Notes: generated by a model from the sequence alone, not told the origin. DNA of 64,000 nucleotides from an uncultured Planctomycetota bacterium (GCA_963752285.1 CAVVXN010000004.1:160001-224000); one strand, 5' to 3'. Numbered from the stretch's first letter, positions 49,761 to 59,912 are shown. A program made the numbers and translations.

Positions 49761-49796
49761 CCGTTCCCTGACCGAGCGCTGACCGGGGGCTGACCG
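49757..49796 (+). promoter_or_regulatory. Four CTGACCG direct repeats at 11-bp period, likely OmpR-family operator
   Basis: Copies at 49757, 49768, 49779 and 49790, directly upstream of the next gene. Confidence 0.75.
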
Positions 49797-49846
49797 TGCG
49801 CGGCGTCCGAGGGGCGACGATGACGTCGCTTCCGGAGGGCCTCGCC

Positions 49847-52481
49847 ATGCCGCGCTCGATTCGTTCCTTCCTTCCCGTGGTCTGCCTCGTCTCTCTCGTC
49901 TCGGTCGGGGCCCTCCTGCGCTCCGCACGCGCGGACGAGCCCGACGCCGAGACCCGCTTCCACGACGCGTACGTCCTGGAGGTGATCGACGGGAAGGTCG
50001 CCGACGCCGCGAAGGCGTACCTCGCGCTCGTCGAGGACGAGAGGACCCCGCCGAGGATCGAGGGCGAGGCGCGCTTCCGCTTCGCCGTGTGCGCGGCGCT
50101 CCTCGGCCGCCCCGACGAGTCGCGCGCGCGTCTCGCGTCGCTCGTCGCCGACCCCGCGACCTCGCCGGACCTCCAGACGCGGGCCCGCACGTACCTCGAC
50201 GCCCTGCAGGGCCAGGAGGTCGGGAGCGAGCTCGAGAAGAAGCTCCAGTCGCTGGTGTTCGACCTCGCGCGGGCTCCGCTCGCCGGGCCCGACGCCGTCC
50301 CGCCCGTGTACCGCGACTTCGAGGTGCTGGGGGACAAGGCGGTGCCGTTCCTGCGGGGCCTGCTCCACCACCCGGACGTCACGCTCCGCGCGCACGCGTT
50401 CCGCCTCCTCTGTCGCATGAGGGAGCCGGGCATGGGCGCCGCGTGGACGCCCGAGATCGGCGTCGGTAGCCGCGGAAGCTGGTTCGGAATCGACGTGACG
50501 AGCTACCTGAACGCGCAGCCCAACGAGAAGGAGGCGTTCGAGAAGAACCTGCTGGGTCGGTCCGACTCGGAGGACGCCTCCGCGCTCCGCGTGCTGGCGG
50601 GACGCGCCGACTTCCACTTCTCGAGGGAAACGGTGCGCGCGCTCGCGGCCCGCGAGGGCGTGAAGGAGCTCGCGCCCGCGCTCCTCGCCTCCCCGATGGG
50701 CGACGGGGCCGACCTGATCCGGACGTGGCTGGAAGGGGACGATCCCGTCCTCGCGACGGCCGCCGCGGAGCAGGTCTACGCCGCGGCCCGCAACGGAGCC
50801 GCGAAGGGCCCGCTGCCCGCCCCGCTTCCCGAGGTGCTCGCTCCGGTGTTTCGTGAGGGTTGGAGCCACGCGTATCCCACCCGCGAGACCCTGGGGTGGC
50901 TCGCCTCCGCGGCGCCGACCTCCGAGGTGCTGGACGCGCTCGCCGCCCTCCTCCAGGCCGCCCGGTCCTGGTCGAGACCGGCGAACACCAACCCGCTCTA
51001 TGCGTACTGGGGCACCTCGCTCCAGGCGGCGTTCGGGGACCGCGACCTCACGCCGAAGGAGCTCGCACGCTGGGAGGACCTCGCCCTCGAGACGTTCGTC
51101 GCGACCCGGGCCTTGTTCCCCGAGGCGGGCACGCCGGGCAACTCCGCGGCGTACCTGGATCCCTTCCGCGCGCTCCTCCAGAAGCTCCCCGCTCGGGACG
51201 CGGAGGCGTTCGTCCACCGCGTGCTCGCCGGCCCGCTGGCGGACCGGGAGTCCCACTGGCTCGAAGGGCTCGCGCGGGCGATCCCCACCGACACGCCCGG
51301 ACAGCTCCGTCTCTTCCTCACGGCGCTCAACGACCTGTCGCCGGGAGATCGCGTCCCGTTCGTCCGGATGTTGGGCCAGATCGCCGGGGCGCAGAGCCTG
51401 CGGCCGGAGGTCCAGGCCGAGCTGATCCGCATGGCGCCGGAGGTGGTCCCGCTCTCGAACACCGACGTCGCGGCGCTCGTCTCCCGGATCCCCTGGCTCT
51501 CTCCGAGCGCGAGCCTGTCCGACGCGGAGCGGAAGGACCTCGTCGGACGCCTCCTCCTGGCGATCGACCGCTTCCCGAGCTCGTCGCTACCTCCTGGACC
51601 GGCTCCGGAAGCAGCCGGCGAACGTGTCGCAGGCCTGGGTGCCCGACGTCCTCCTCCCGGCCGCCGGGGCGGTGTGGGACCCGCTCGGAAGCACGTCCCG
51701 CGAGGGCATCCTCGCCTCGGCGCTGGACGTCCTCAAGGACGACGCCCGCGGCACCGAGGTCCTGGGACCGCGCCGCGAGGGGGTGGCCGCGTTCGTGATG
51801 GGGCACCGGGGCGACCTCAACCTGGGGGAGTGGCAGAGCGTGGCGTCCCTTCCCGGCCTGTTTCCCCCGGAGTCGTGGCTGCCGGACGCGCCGGAGGGCG
51901 TGCTCGTCGTCTACTTCCAGCCGCAGATCCTGCCGGCGGCGCGGCGGGACGAGATCGCGAAGAAGCTCTTCGAGGTTCCCGAGAACCGGCGCAACCAGAC
52001 CGTCCTGAAGTTCGTGGTGGGCTCCGCGAGCCCTGAGGTCCGCCGCGAATTGGTGGACGCGTCCCTCTCGGGCGACGACCCGGCCGCGCGACGGCTCGTC
52101 TTGGACGACCTGGCTCATGCCCATCCGAGCCCCGACGTCCTCCAGCGAGCGCTCGACGACATGATCCGACCCGAGAGCCCGGACCACGCGCTCGTCTTCC
52201 GGATCGGAGACGCGGTGGCGTACCTGGTCCGGTGGCGACCGTCGAAGGACCTCTTCCCCGCGGTCCGTCTGCTCCTCGACTCGGCGTCCAAGGAAGCGGT
52301 CCTCCAGGGGATCGCGGCGGCGAGGTCCCTCGGTCAGACCGAGCTGATCCCCGCGCTCGCCCCGCACCTCGGATCGCTCGACCAGGAGGTGCGTCAGAGC
52401 GCGAAGGACGCGATCGACCAGATCCGCGAGGTCGAGCGAATGCAGAAAGACGCGGCGCTGGAGGCGAACGGCTTGAAGTAG
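49847..52481 (+). pseudogene. Large secreted TPR/HEAT-repeat protein split by one frameshift near 51575-51590 (real or assembly error)
   Basis: GGAGG RBS and signal peptide. Coding-like sequence switches frame from ..IDRFP to RYLLDRLRKQ.. and ends in HEAT repeats at 52481. Confidence 0.7.
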
Positions 52482-52518
52482 AAGCGTACGGAGGCGGGGC
52501 AATTTTCGCCGCTCTTCC

Positions 52519-52553
52519 CCGCCGCCGCGCCGTTCCCCGCGGCGCGGCGGCGG
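52519..52553. terminator. GC-rich 14-bp stem hairpin between convergent genes
   Basis: CCGCCGCCGCGCCG, 7-nt loop, CGGCGCGGCGGCGG; no U-tract. Confidence 0.55.
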
Positions 52554-52566
52554 CTGCGGCGCGGCC

Positions 52567-53433
52567 TCACTTCGACGCGCGAGGAGGACGGGGCGCGGCG
52601 GCGCCCGGCTCCGCCTGCGCGGTGAGCAGCGCGCGGATCTCGCGGACCTCGCCGCGAAGCGCGCGGACCTCGTCGTGGAGCACCTGGAGCTCGGCGAGGA
52701 CCGGGTCCCCCTGCGATCCTCCCGCGACGAAGGGCGTGTCGGTCGCCCGGTCCCGGCCGGTCGCGCCGCCCAGCGCGCGGAGCGCCCGTTCGTACTCCTC
52801 CTTCCGCTTCGCCTCGGCGACCGCTCGCTGCTTCGCCTCGGCCAGCTCGTCTTGCGCCTTCTCCGCGGCCGCTATCAGCTCCTGCACGCGTCGCTGCATG
52901 TCGGCGAGCTGCTGACGCGCCGCCTCGGCCTGCGCCTGGAGGTCTTGTGCCTTCGCCGCGCGCTGCTGCAGCTCGTTCTGGTGCAGCTGGTTCTGGCGAA
53001 GAAGCCACTCCTGGCCCTTGGTGATGGCAGCCTCCGCGTGCGCTCGGACGACCGCGGGGTCGGAGCCAGTCTCGCCCTTCGCCCCCAGGACGAGCTTCCC
53101 GTCCTCGCCGACCACACCCTCCATGCCGGGCGTCGCTAGCGTCTCACGCCGCATCTCGGCGAGCATCGCCCGGAAGCGGTCTTGCTCTGCGGAGGTGCCG
53201 GTGACGACGAGCGCTCCGTCGCCCCAGATGACCTTCAGGCCCTGGATACTCGCGTCGCGTATGCGATGCGCGAGCTCGTCGACAGAAAGTCCGAGGTCGC
53301 GAACGTCGTAGATCTGCTGGACGCGCGGATCGACCGGCGGTTCGTCGGCGCGCGCGGTCCAGGCCGTCGCGGCGAGGGGCGCCGCGAGGGCGACGAGGAG
53401 CAGCAGGGTTCGGGTGGCCTTCCACATGGTCAT
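52567..53433 (-). CDS. Secreted coiled-coil protein, third gene of the BlaI/BlaR1 operon
   Basis: Signal peptide (ARA-DE), QQIYDVRDL motif, long Q/A/E-rich helix; overlaps the blaR1-like stop. Confidence 0.75.
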   Translation of the reverse strand: MTMWKATRTLLLLVALAAPLAATAWTARADEPPVDPRVQQIYDVRDLGLSVDELAHRIRDASIQGLKVIWGDGALVVTGTSAEQDRFRAMLAEMRRETLATPGMEGVVGEDGKLVLGAKGETGSDPAVVRAHAEAAITKGQEWLLRQNQLHQNELQQRAAKAQDLQAQAEAARQQLADMQRRVQELIAAAEKAQDELAEAKQRAVAEAKRKEEYERALRALGGATGRDRATDTPFVAGGSQGDPVLAELQVLHDEVRALRGEVREIRALLTAQAEPGAAAPRPPRASK

Positions 53434-54707
53434 CTCCCGTCCGCGCCGAGCGCGCGGTGGACTCGGATCGTGCGTTCCTCGATCGACCGGACCCGCGCCT
53501 CGATCCGTCGGGCGAGGTCCGGGTGTCCCTGTGCTTCGAGCGCCCGCGTCACGTCTTCCGCCTCGACGCCGAGCGATCGGAGGTCCTGCTCCAGGCTCTC
53601 GAGCGCCGCCGCGCGCGGGTCGCCCGCGGCCGACGCGGACCCCGGGGGCACGAGCTCCGGCGGCGCCGCCGGGCGCGCCGGCGCGAGGAGCGGCACCACC
53701 AGCAGCGGCAGGAGCGCGAGCCCGCGGCCGCCCGACGCCTCGCGGACGGGGCCCGCGAGGAGGGTTTGCACGCGCACGCCGAGCGACGCGCGCCGGGCGG
53801 CCATCGCGGGCACCGTCGCGGGGACGCGCCGGTCGCCGATCCAGCCCGCGACCGTCGTGAGGCAGCGCGCGAGCGCGACGCGTCGGTGCTCCGCGCGCGC
53901 CGCCCAGGCGTCCGCGCGCCGTTCCGCGAGGTCCGCGAGGCGCCGCCTCGCGAGGTGGTTCAGCGGCTGGAAGAAGAGGAGCCCCGTGGCCGCCGCGTAC
54001 GCGCGCGCCCAGAGCGGGTCGCGTCGCGCGAGGTGCGCGACCTCGTGGGCGAGCATCGCCTCCAGCGCGGCGGGATCGAGCTCCCGGAGCGCGCGCTCCG
54101 GCAGCACGATCTCCAGACGGCGCACGCCGAGGGCCACCGGGCTCGCGATCGCCGGCGAGGTGGAGACCGCGACCGGCCGGCGCAGGCCCGCCTCCCGACG
54201 AAGCGAGGCGACGAGGTCGTGGACCGCGCGCTGCACGTTCGGGACGCGCCGGGCGAAGGACCGCGCGAGACGACGTCGCACCGCGTGGTCGCGGAAGAGG
54301 AGCGCGAGGGCGCCGAGCGGCCAGAGGAGGAGCAGGAGGCTCGGATCCGGGCCCGACTCCGGGGCGGAGGGCGACGTCGCCGGCGCGGGCGCGTCCGAGA
54401 CGGTCGTTACGGAGACGTCCGGGCGCACCGGCGTCTCGACGAGGGTCTCCGGTACAGGCTCGAGCGGGGCGCGCGAGGCGAGCGGCTCCGGAGGCGCCGT
54501 CGGGAAGAGCGCGATGGGCGAGCCGAAGACCATCGCGAGCGTAGCGGTGAGCGCGCCGCCGAGGAGCCCGATGCGCCACGCGCGCTCGGACGCCGCGGGG
54601 CCGAGGCGCCCCGTGCGCGTGAGGAGGAGCGTGGCGCCGAGGAGCACCGTCGAGTGGGCGCCGTACGTCGCGAGCCAGCGGAGGAGGATGGGGACGCCCG
54701 GTGTCAT
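53430..54707 (-). CDS. M56 family (BlaR1/MecR1-like) membrane metallopeptidase
   Basis: SPVALG..IVLP, LAHEVAHLARRD, FFQPL, ERRADAWA. Confidence 0.9.
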   Translation of the reverse strand: MTPGVPILLRWLATYGAHSTVLLGATLLLTRTGRLGPAASERAWRIGLLGGALTATLAMVFGSPIALFPTAPPEPLASRAPLEPVPETLVETPVRPDVSVTTVSDAPAPATSPSAPESGPDPSLLLLLWPLGALALLFRDHAVRRRLARSFARRVPNVQRAVHDLVASLRREAGLRRPVAVSTSPAIASPVALGVRRLEIVLPERALRELDPAALEAMLAHEVAHLARRDPLWARAYAAATGLLFFQPLNHLARRRLADLAERRADAWAARAEHRRVALARCLTTVAGWIGDRRVPATVPAMAARRASLGVRVQTLLAGPVREASGGRGLALLPLLVVPLLAPARPAAPPELVPPGSASAAGDPRAAALESLEQDLRSLGVEAEDVTRALEAQGHPDLARRIEARVRSIEERTIRVHRALGADGR

Positions 54708-55102
54708 CCCCGCGACTCCTCGCCCTTCTCGAGGAGACGGCGGAGGCGGCGGAGCTCTTCCTCGTCCACCTGCTGCTCGGTCAGGAGGTGGGAGAGGAGC
54801 AGCGCGGGATCGCCCTCGAAGAGCCGGCGGAGGAGCGCGCCGACCATGGAGCGGCGTACCTCCTCGCGCGGGAGCGCGGCACGGTAGAGGAACGTCCGTC
54901 CGTCCGCCTCGTGCTGGACGACGCCGCGCCGTTCGAGCCGCTGGAGCGTCGTCGCGACGGTCGTGACGGCGCGCCGCTTCGCGGCCGGGAGCGCGGCGAC
55001 GACGTCGGCGACGGAGGCGAGGCCCTGCTCCCAGAGCACGTCCATCACGGCGAGCTGGAGGTCGGAGAGCTCGACGGGGGCGCGGCGCTTCGAACGACTC
55101 AT
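54704..55102 (-). CDS. BlaI/MecI/CopY family repressor
   Basis: LSDLQLAVMDVLW, TTVATTLQRLERRG, GRTFLY, LFEGD..LLSHL. Confidence 0.93.
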   Translation of the reverse strand: MSRSKRRAPVELSDLQLAVMDVLWEQGLASVADVVAALPAAKRRAVTTVATTLQRLERRGVVQHEADGRTFLYRAALPREEVRRSMVGALLRRLFEGDPALLLSHLLTEQQVDEEELRRLRRLLEKGEESRG

Positions 55103-55121
55103 GTAGTACTACATACGTAGT
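55094..55121. promoter_or_regulatory. Tandem BlaI-type operator boxes overlapping the blaI start
   Basis: ACTAC-ATAC-GTAGT (55108-55121) and ACGAC-TCAT-GTAGT (55094-55107). Confidence 0.75.
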
Positions 55122-55179
55122 TTTACGCCAGCCGTCCAGAGGGCGAAAGGCCCGAAGGAGCCCCGCGGCCCCGCCGGCG

Positions 55180-56562
55180 TCAGCGGGACCCGGTGCGCGC
55201 CGCGTCGAGCGCGGCGCGGAGCTCGCGCTCCGTCTGCTCGCCCATCAGGCGCCGGCGCCCGATGTCGAGCGTCGGGAGGCCGCGCAGCTTCGCCGAACGG
55301 GCGAGGTCGCGGTCGCGCACGAGCCACGCGGGCGGGTTCGGGTCCGCGAGAGCCGCCTTCAGCCCGCTCGGGTCGAGGCCGGCGCGCCCCGCGGCGGCGT
55401 ACACCTCGGCCGGCGTCTCCCGGGTCGCGCGCATGAGCTCGCGGAAGAGGACCTCCTCCTTCCCCACGCTTCGCGCGTACGCGAGGACCCGCGTCCAGAG
55501 GGGGAAGTCGGCAGTCGCCCACGTGTAGATGCGACGGCGGCGTACCGGGTATCCGACACGCGGCGCGACCTTCTCCAACCGCTGGTACGTGGCGCGACAG
55601 TGGGGGCAGAAGGCGTTCAGGTACTCGACGATCCAGACGGGCTTCTCGGTCGGCGGGGGGGCGGGCGCGCGCGACGGCGCGGGCGACTCCGCCGCGACCA
55701 CCGGAGGCGCCGGCGACGGAGCGGCCGGCGCGGGGGACGGATCCTGCGACCCGACCTCGCCGACCGTCTCCCCGGACCCCGTCGATCGGTCGAGGGGCCG
55801 CGACCAGGCCCGGACCGCGCCGTCCGGGTCCCAGGCCTCCGCGGTGCCGATCCCCGGCCACGCCGCGAGCACGGGCGGCTCCGCGTCCCTTGCGTCGTCG
55901 CGCGCGTCCGTCGTTCGGGTCGGACGCCGCGCGGTGGACTCGGGCCGAGCGGTCGGCGTCGCCGTCGCGGCCGGCGTGCCGTCCCCGATCACCTCGCCGG
56001 CTCCGAGGTCCGCGGCCGAGAGCGGCGTGATCTCGACCCACCCCCGGTCGCTCGGACGCGGCCAGAGGAAGGGCGCGGCGGCGACCACGCCGACCGCGGC
56101 GCTCCACGCGATCCGCGAGCGCCGGCCCTCGCCGGGGAGGCGGAGTCCGGAGAGGCGCACGGGGGGCTCGGGCCAGGTCAGGGTGATCGCGCCGGCCACG
56201 AAGCCCATCGAGTCGGCCACGAGGCAGAACGGGCAGAACGTGTGGAGCACGAGCGCCTGGTACGCGACGAATCCCGCGCCGGCGGTCGCCGCGACCGCGC
56301 CCGCCGGGCGCAGCACGGGACGCGCCCACTCGACGGGCAGGAGGCTCACCGTGAACAGGCCGCCGAACGCGACCATCCCCACGACGGAGGTCGGGACGCC
56401 CGCGAGCGTGCCAAGCGGGCTCTCCCGGGCGGCGGCGCACGCCTCGGCGAGCGGGCAGAACTCCCGGTCGGGGTGCAGGTGATCGGAGGTCAGCACGGCG
56501 CTCGCGAGGAGCGCCGCGAGCGCTGCGAGGCGCAACGCCGCCGTGCGTCGAACGTAGGCCAT
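55180..56562 (-). CDS. VKOR - thioredoxin/DsbA-like fusion
   Basis: FCPLAEAC loop cysteines, FCPFC active site, long P/A/T/S linker, CPHC and GLPT thioredoxin domain. Confidence 0.88.
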   Translation of the reverse strand: MAYVRRTAALRLAALAALLASAVLTSDHLHPDREFCPLAEACAAARESPLGTLAGVPTSVVGMVAFGGLFTVSLLPVEWARPVLRPAGAVAATAGAGFVAYQALVLHTFCPFCLVADSMGFVAGAITLTWPEPPVRLSGLRLPGEGRRSRIAWSAAVGVVAAAPFLWPRPSDRGWVEITPLSAADLGAGEVIGDGTPAATATPTARPESTARRPTRTTDARDDARDAEPPVLAAWPGIGTAEAWDPDGAVRAWSRPLDRSTGSGETVGEVGSQDPSPAPAAPSPAPPVVAAESPAPSRAPAPPPTEKPVWIVEYLNAFCPHCRATYQRLEKVAPRVGYPVRRRRIYTWATADFPLWTRVLAYARSVGKEEVLFRELMRATRETPAEVYAAAGRAGLDPSGLKAALADPNPPAWLVRDRDLARSAKLRGLPTLDIGRRRLMGEQTERELRAALDAARTGSR

Positions 56563-56752
56563 GGATCCTCCCGACCGCGCGAGAGCGGGGCGACGCCCGT
56601 GCCGGGCGCCCCGACCCTCCCCACCCGGAGCCGCCCTCTCATCGGCCACCGCGGCCCGGGCACCGAAGTCGCGTTCGTTCGTTCGACGTGCGGCGTGAAG
56701 GACCGTTGAAGGGCCCGCACGAAATGGCCGTTCGGCGGGGTGGCCCCGGCCC

Positions 56753-57679
56753 TCAGCGCGCGAGCGGCAGGTCGTCGCGCGAGGTCGGGATGGTGCGCAG
56801 CGAAGGCGGCGGCTCGCCGGACGGCGCGAGACGGTCGAACGCACAGAGCAGGCGCCCCGCCTTCCGCTCGAGCCCCAAGCGGGTCCGAAGGCTCGGGGCG
56901 AGGCGGGCCGTCTCGGTCAGGGCGTTGAACGCGTCGTAGAGCGTGTCGCCTTCGTGCCGGCAGAACCGCACGCGGACGTGCGCCGCCGCGGTGTCGTCGA
57001 GGTCGGCCCCGTGCTCCAGGAGCGCGAGCACGGGATCGACGACCCGGATGGACCGCGCGCGGCCGAGCGGGGCGACCGCGCGCTTCAGCAGATCGCTCGA
57101 GAAGGCCTGGCGCACGGCGTGCTCGAGGTGGCCGCGCACCGCGCCCGTGGCGTCGCGGTCGTAGAGCGGCGCGTCCTCGAGGGTCCGCGCGGGCACGACC
57201 GCGCCGTTCGCGCCGACGAGGCGCAGTACGCGCTCGCGGAGCGTGACCGCCCCGCCCCGCACGTCGGCCTCGACCAGCACGCCCGCCGCGAACTCGTCGC
57301 CGGGCGAGAGCTCGGCGCGCCACGCGGTCGTGAACACGCCGAGGAGGAGGTACCCGTCGGGCGCGACCTGGCAGAGGTCGAGGTGCCAGCGGTGACCGAG
57401 GCCCTCCAACGCGTCGGCCAGGAGCTCGAGGTCGCCCGCCACAGAGGCGCCGGTGTCGCCCCAGCCCCGCGCGAAGTCCGCGACCTCCGGCGCGTGCATC
57501 CGGACCTCGGCGAAGGCCTGCACCAGGTCCTGCACGGCCTCGCTCGCGAGGCGCCCGGCCTCGGCGCTCTCGGGATCTCCGACGAGTCGCTCCTGGATCA
57601 GCTCCGCCAGGTGGTCGCGCCACGGTTCCGCGGGCACGCGCCCGCGGAAGCGGCACACCTGACCGAACGTGGCGTCCAT
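56753..57679 (-). CDS. DUF932-like protein
   Basis: GDEFAAGVLV, RLVGANG, TLYDAFNALT, RLGLERKAG resemble DUF932 motifs. Confidence 0.6.
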   Translation of the reverse strand: MDATFGQVCRFRGRVPAEPWRDHLAELIQERLVGDPESAEAGRLASEAVQDLVQAFAEVRMHAPEVADFARGWGDTGASVAGDLELLADALEGLGHRWHLDLCQVAPDGYLLLGVFTTAWRAELSPGDEFAAGVLVEADVRGGAVTLRERVLRLVGANGAVVPARTLEDAPLYDRDATGAVRGHLEHAVRQAFSSDLLKRAVAPLGRARSIRVVDPVLALLEHGADLDDTAAAHVRVRFCRHEGDTLYDAFNALTETARLAPSLRTRLGLERKAGRLLCAFDRLAPSGEPPPSLRTIPTSRDDLPLAR

Positions 57680-57841
57680 CGGCAAAGTCCCCTCACGCGC
57701 CCCTCATGTCTACCCGAAATCGTGGTTCTTCGAAAGCCCCGGGCTTCGGTCCCCACGCGCGCGGGCCCCGGGCCGAGCCACGTCCGCCGGGCGCCGTCGC
57801 GAAGCGCGTGGCTCCCCGACGCGCGCCGTGCGCGCCGTGCG

Positions 57842-58555
57842 CTACGCGGGGCCGCGGCGCACGTGGACCGCGCGCGCCTGGTCGCTCCCGATCGCGGCGA
57901 GGTGGCGGCGGAGCGCACGACTCGTCGCGCGCGGCTCGATCGGCACCTTCGAGGCGACGAGCACGCGATTCTCGTACTCGTCGAGGTGCACGACCACGCT
58001 CGCGGCCCACGGCGCGGCAAGGCGCCGGAGGAGGTCGTCCCACGTCACGCCGGGAACGGGCAGCACGTTCGTCACGGCGACTCCGCGCGGCGCGACGTGG
58101 CGCCGCATCTCCCGCGGGAGGGCCTCGAGGCTCACGCCGGGCTTCGTCACGCCGAGGGGCGTGGGCACCGAGAGATCCTCCAGGATCAGGTCGAACGGCC
58201 TGGTGCGCGCGTGGAGCCACGCGCGCGCCTCCGCGCAACGGACCTCCACGCGTCCCGCCCAGGGTCCCGCGTGGCGACGGAACACGCGCTCGCCCTCGAG
58301 CGACAGGTCCACCGCCTCGAGGGGATGGGCGAACCCCATGGCGCGGAGCGGGGCGACGAGCCCGCCGCCCGCGAACCCGAGGATCGCGACGCGCGAGCCG
58401 GGCGTCAGCGCCGCGATGGCCGCGGCGAGGACGTCGAAGAGGGAGTTCGTCGGTCCCGGGCGGTCCACGATCTCCGACAGCACGAGCCCGTCCTGGAGGA
58501 GGCGGGCGCCACGTCGCGTCTTGCGGACCTGGAACCCGGGGCCGGTCGCCGTCAC
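57842..58555 (-). CDS. Spermidine-synthase-like SAM methyltransferase
   Basis: VAILGFAGG, EAVDLS, FDLILEDL, GVAVTN, NRVLVA. Confidence 0.7.
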   Translation of the reverse strand: MTATGPGFQVRKTRRGARLLQDGLVLSEIVDRPGPTNSLFDVLAAAIAALTPGSRVAILGFAGGGLVAPLRAMGFAHPLEAVDLSLEGERVFRRHAGPWAGRVEVRCAEARAWLHARTRPFDLILEDLSVPTPLGVTKPGVSLEALPREMRRHVAPRGVAVTNVLPVPGVTWDDLLRRLAAPWAASVVVHLDEYENRVLVASKVPIEPRATSRALRRHLAAIGSDQARAVHVRRGPA

Positions 58556-59847
58556 GCGTCGCCGTTTCGGACCGCTTCGGCGATCCGACGCGTCCCGTGG
58601 TGCGGGAGACGCCGGTAGCCGTTCCACGCCGCGCGCGCGAGCGAGCCGTCCACGAGTCGCGGGCTCAGCCACGCCCGCACGCGTTCCGGCGGGCCCTGGC
58701 GGATCCCGGCCTCGGCGTCGAGGGCGAACGTGGGGTTCTGTCGCTCGTGACCCCCGACGTGCGGCGCGAGGACCAGCGGCAGGCCGAGCCCCGCGTAGAA
58801 CACCATCTCGCTCGGCTTCGTCCACAGCACGTCCGCGCCCGCGAGGGCCTCGTTCATGGCCCGCCAGTACGCGGGGAAGTCGGGCTCGTGGAGGACGTCC
58901 ACGCCGTCGTGCCCGTCGAGGTGCGCCGAGCGCACGCTCCCACGAAGGGCGTCGGCGACCTCGCGCCGCACGCCCGCGACCAGCGTCAGGCGGAGCGATC
59001 CCTCGCGCACGAGCTCGCCCAGCGCACGCACCATGCGTCCCACGAGCTCGGTCTGCGCGCCCGCGCCGCCGACGGCCAGGAGGAGGCGCGGCGGCGTCCC
59101 CTCGGCCGACCCGGGCAGGTCCACGCCGCCCGCGGCGGACACCTCCGCGCGCAGGGCGCCGTCGGCGCGGAGGCGCACGAGCCGCGGGCCGAGGTTCGCG
59201 CGGAGCCGGTCCGCGGTCTCGTCGCCGACGAGGGCCGACGGGAGCGGAAAGCCCGTGTACCGGATCCGCGCGGCCGGGACGCCGTACGAGCGCAGGCGGT
59301 CCCGCGCGCGTTCGCTCGGCGCCAGATAGTGGAGGTTCGTGCGGGGCGGGTCGAGCGGCGCCCACACGCGGTGCACGTCGGAGTCGGTCACGACGACGTA
59401 CGTGTGGTCGAGACCGGCGTAGTCGGCCGCGAGCCCCGGCGTGTAGAAGGTCGTCACCATGCGGACGCCGTCGGCGCGCATGCGCCTGACGATCCCGTCG
59501 CCCATGCCCTTCCGGATCATCTTCGCCTGGAACCGCACGGCGCGCGTGGCCGCGGGGTTGGTCGGTCCCGGGTCCACCGGACGGATCGACGTCATCGCGT
59601 CGAGGAACCGACGGGGCGCGAACCCCAGGAGGGGGTGGCGGTAGAGCCGCGAGCACATCTCGTACGTCCAGCGCACGCGGTCCCAGGTCCGGACCTCGTC
59701 CGCCGTCGCGAGGGGCGGCGCGTCGATGCGCTCGACGGGGACGTCGAAGGCCTCGGCGAGCGCGTGGGCCGCGCGCAGGTGCCCGTACCCCATGTCGATC
59801 GAGAGGAGGAGCGGGTCGGATCGAGGACGACTCCGCTCGGGCGACAT
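58552..59847 (-). CDS. GT-B glycosyltransferase, MGDG synthase/GT28-like
   Basis: DMGYGHLRAA, VVTDSD, TGFPL, VGGAG, TKPSE..GLP, GGHERQN. Confidence 0.75.
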   Translation of the reverse strand: MSPERSRPRSDPLLLSIDMGYGHLRAAHALAEAFDVPVERIDAPPLATADEVRTWDRVRWTYEMCSRLYRHPLLGFAPRRFLDAMTSIRPVDPGPTNPAATRAVRFQAKMIRKGMGDGIVRRMRADGVRMVTTFYTPGLAADYAGLDHTYVVVTDSDVHRVWAPLDPPRTNLHYLAPSERARDRLRSYGVPAARIRYTGFPLPSALVGDETADRLRANLGPRLVRLRADGALRAEVSAAGGVDLPGSAEGTPPRLLLAVGGAGAQTELVGRMVRALGELVREGSLRLTLVAGVRREVADALRGSVRSAHLDGHDGVDVLHEPDFPAYWRAMNEALAGADVLWTKPSEMVFYAGLGLPLVLAPHVGGHERQNPTFALDAEAGIRQGPPERVRAWLSPRLVDGSLARAAWNGYRRLPHHGTRRIAEAVRNGDA

Positions 59848-59912
59848 CGGGCCGGACCTCCCATGGGGGCGGCCAAGGTATCCGCTCCGGAGGCCGAACG
59901 CGATCGCTGCCG

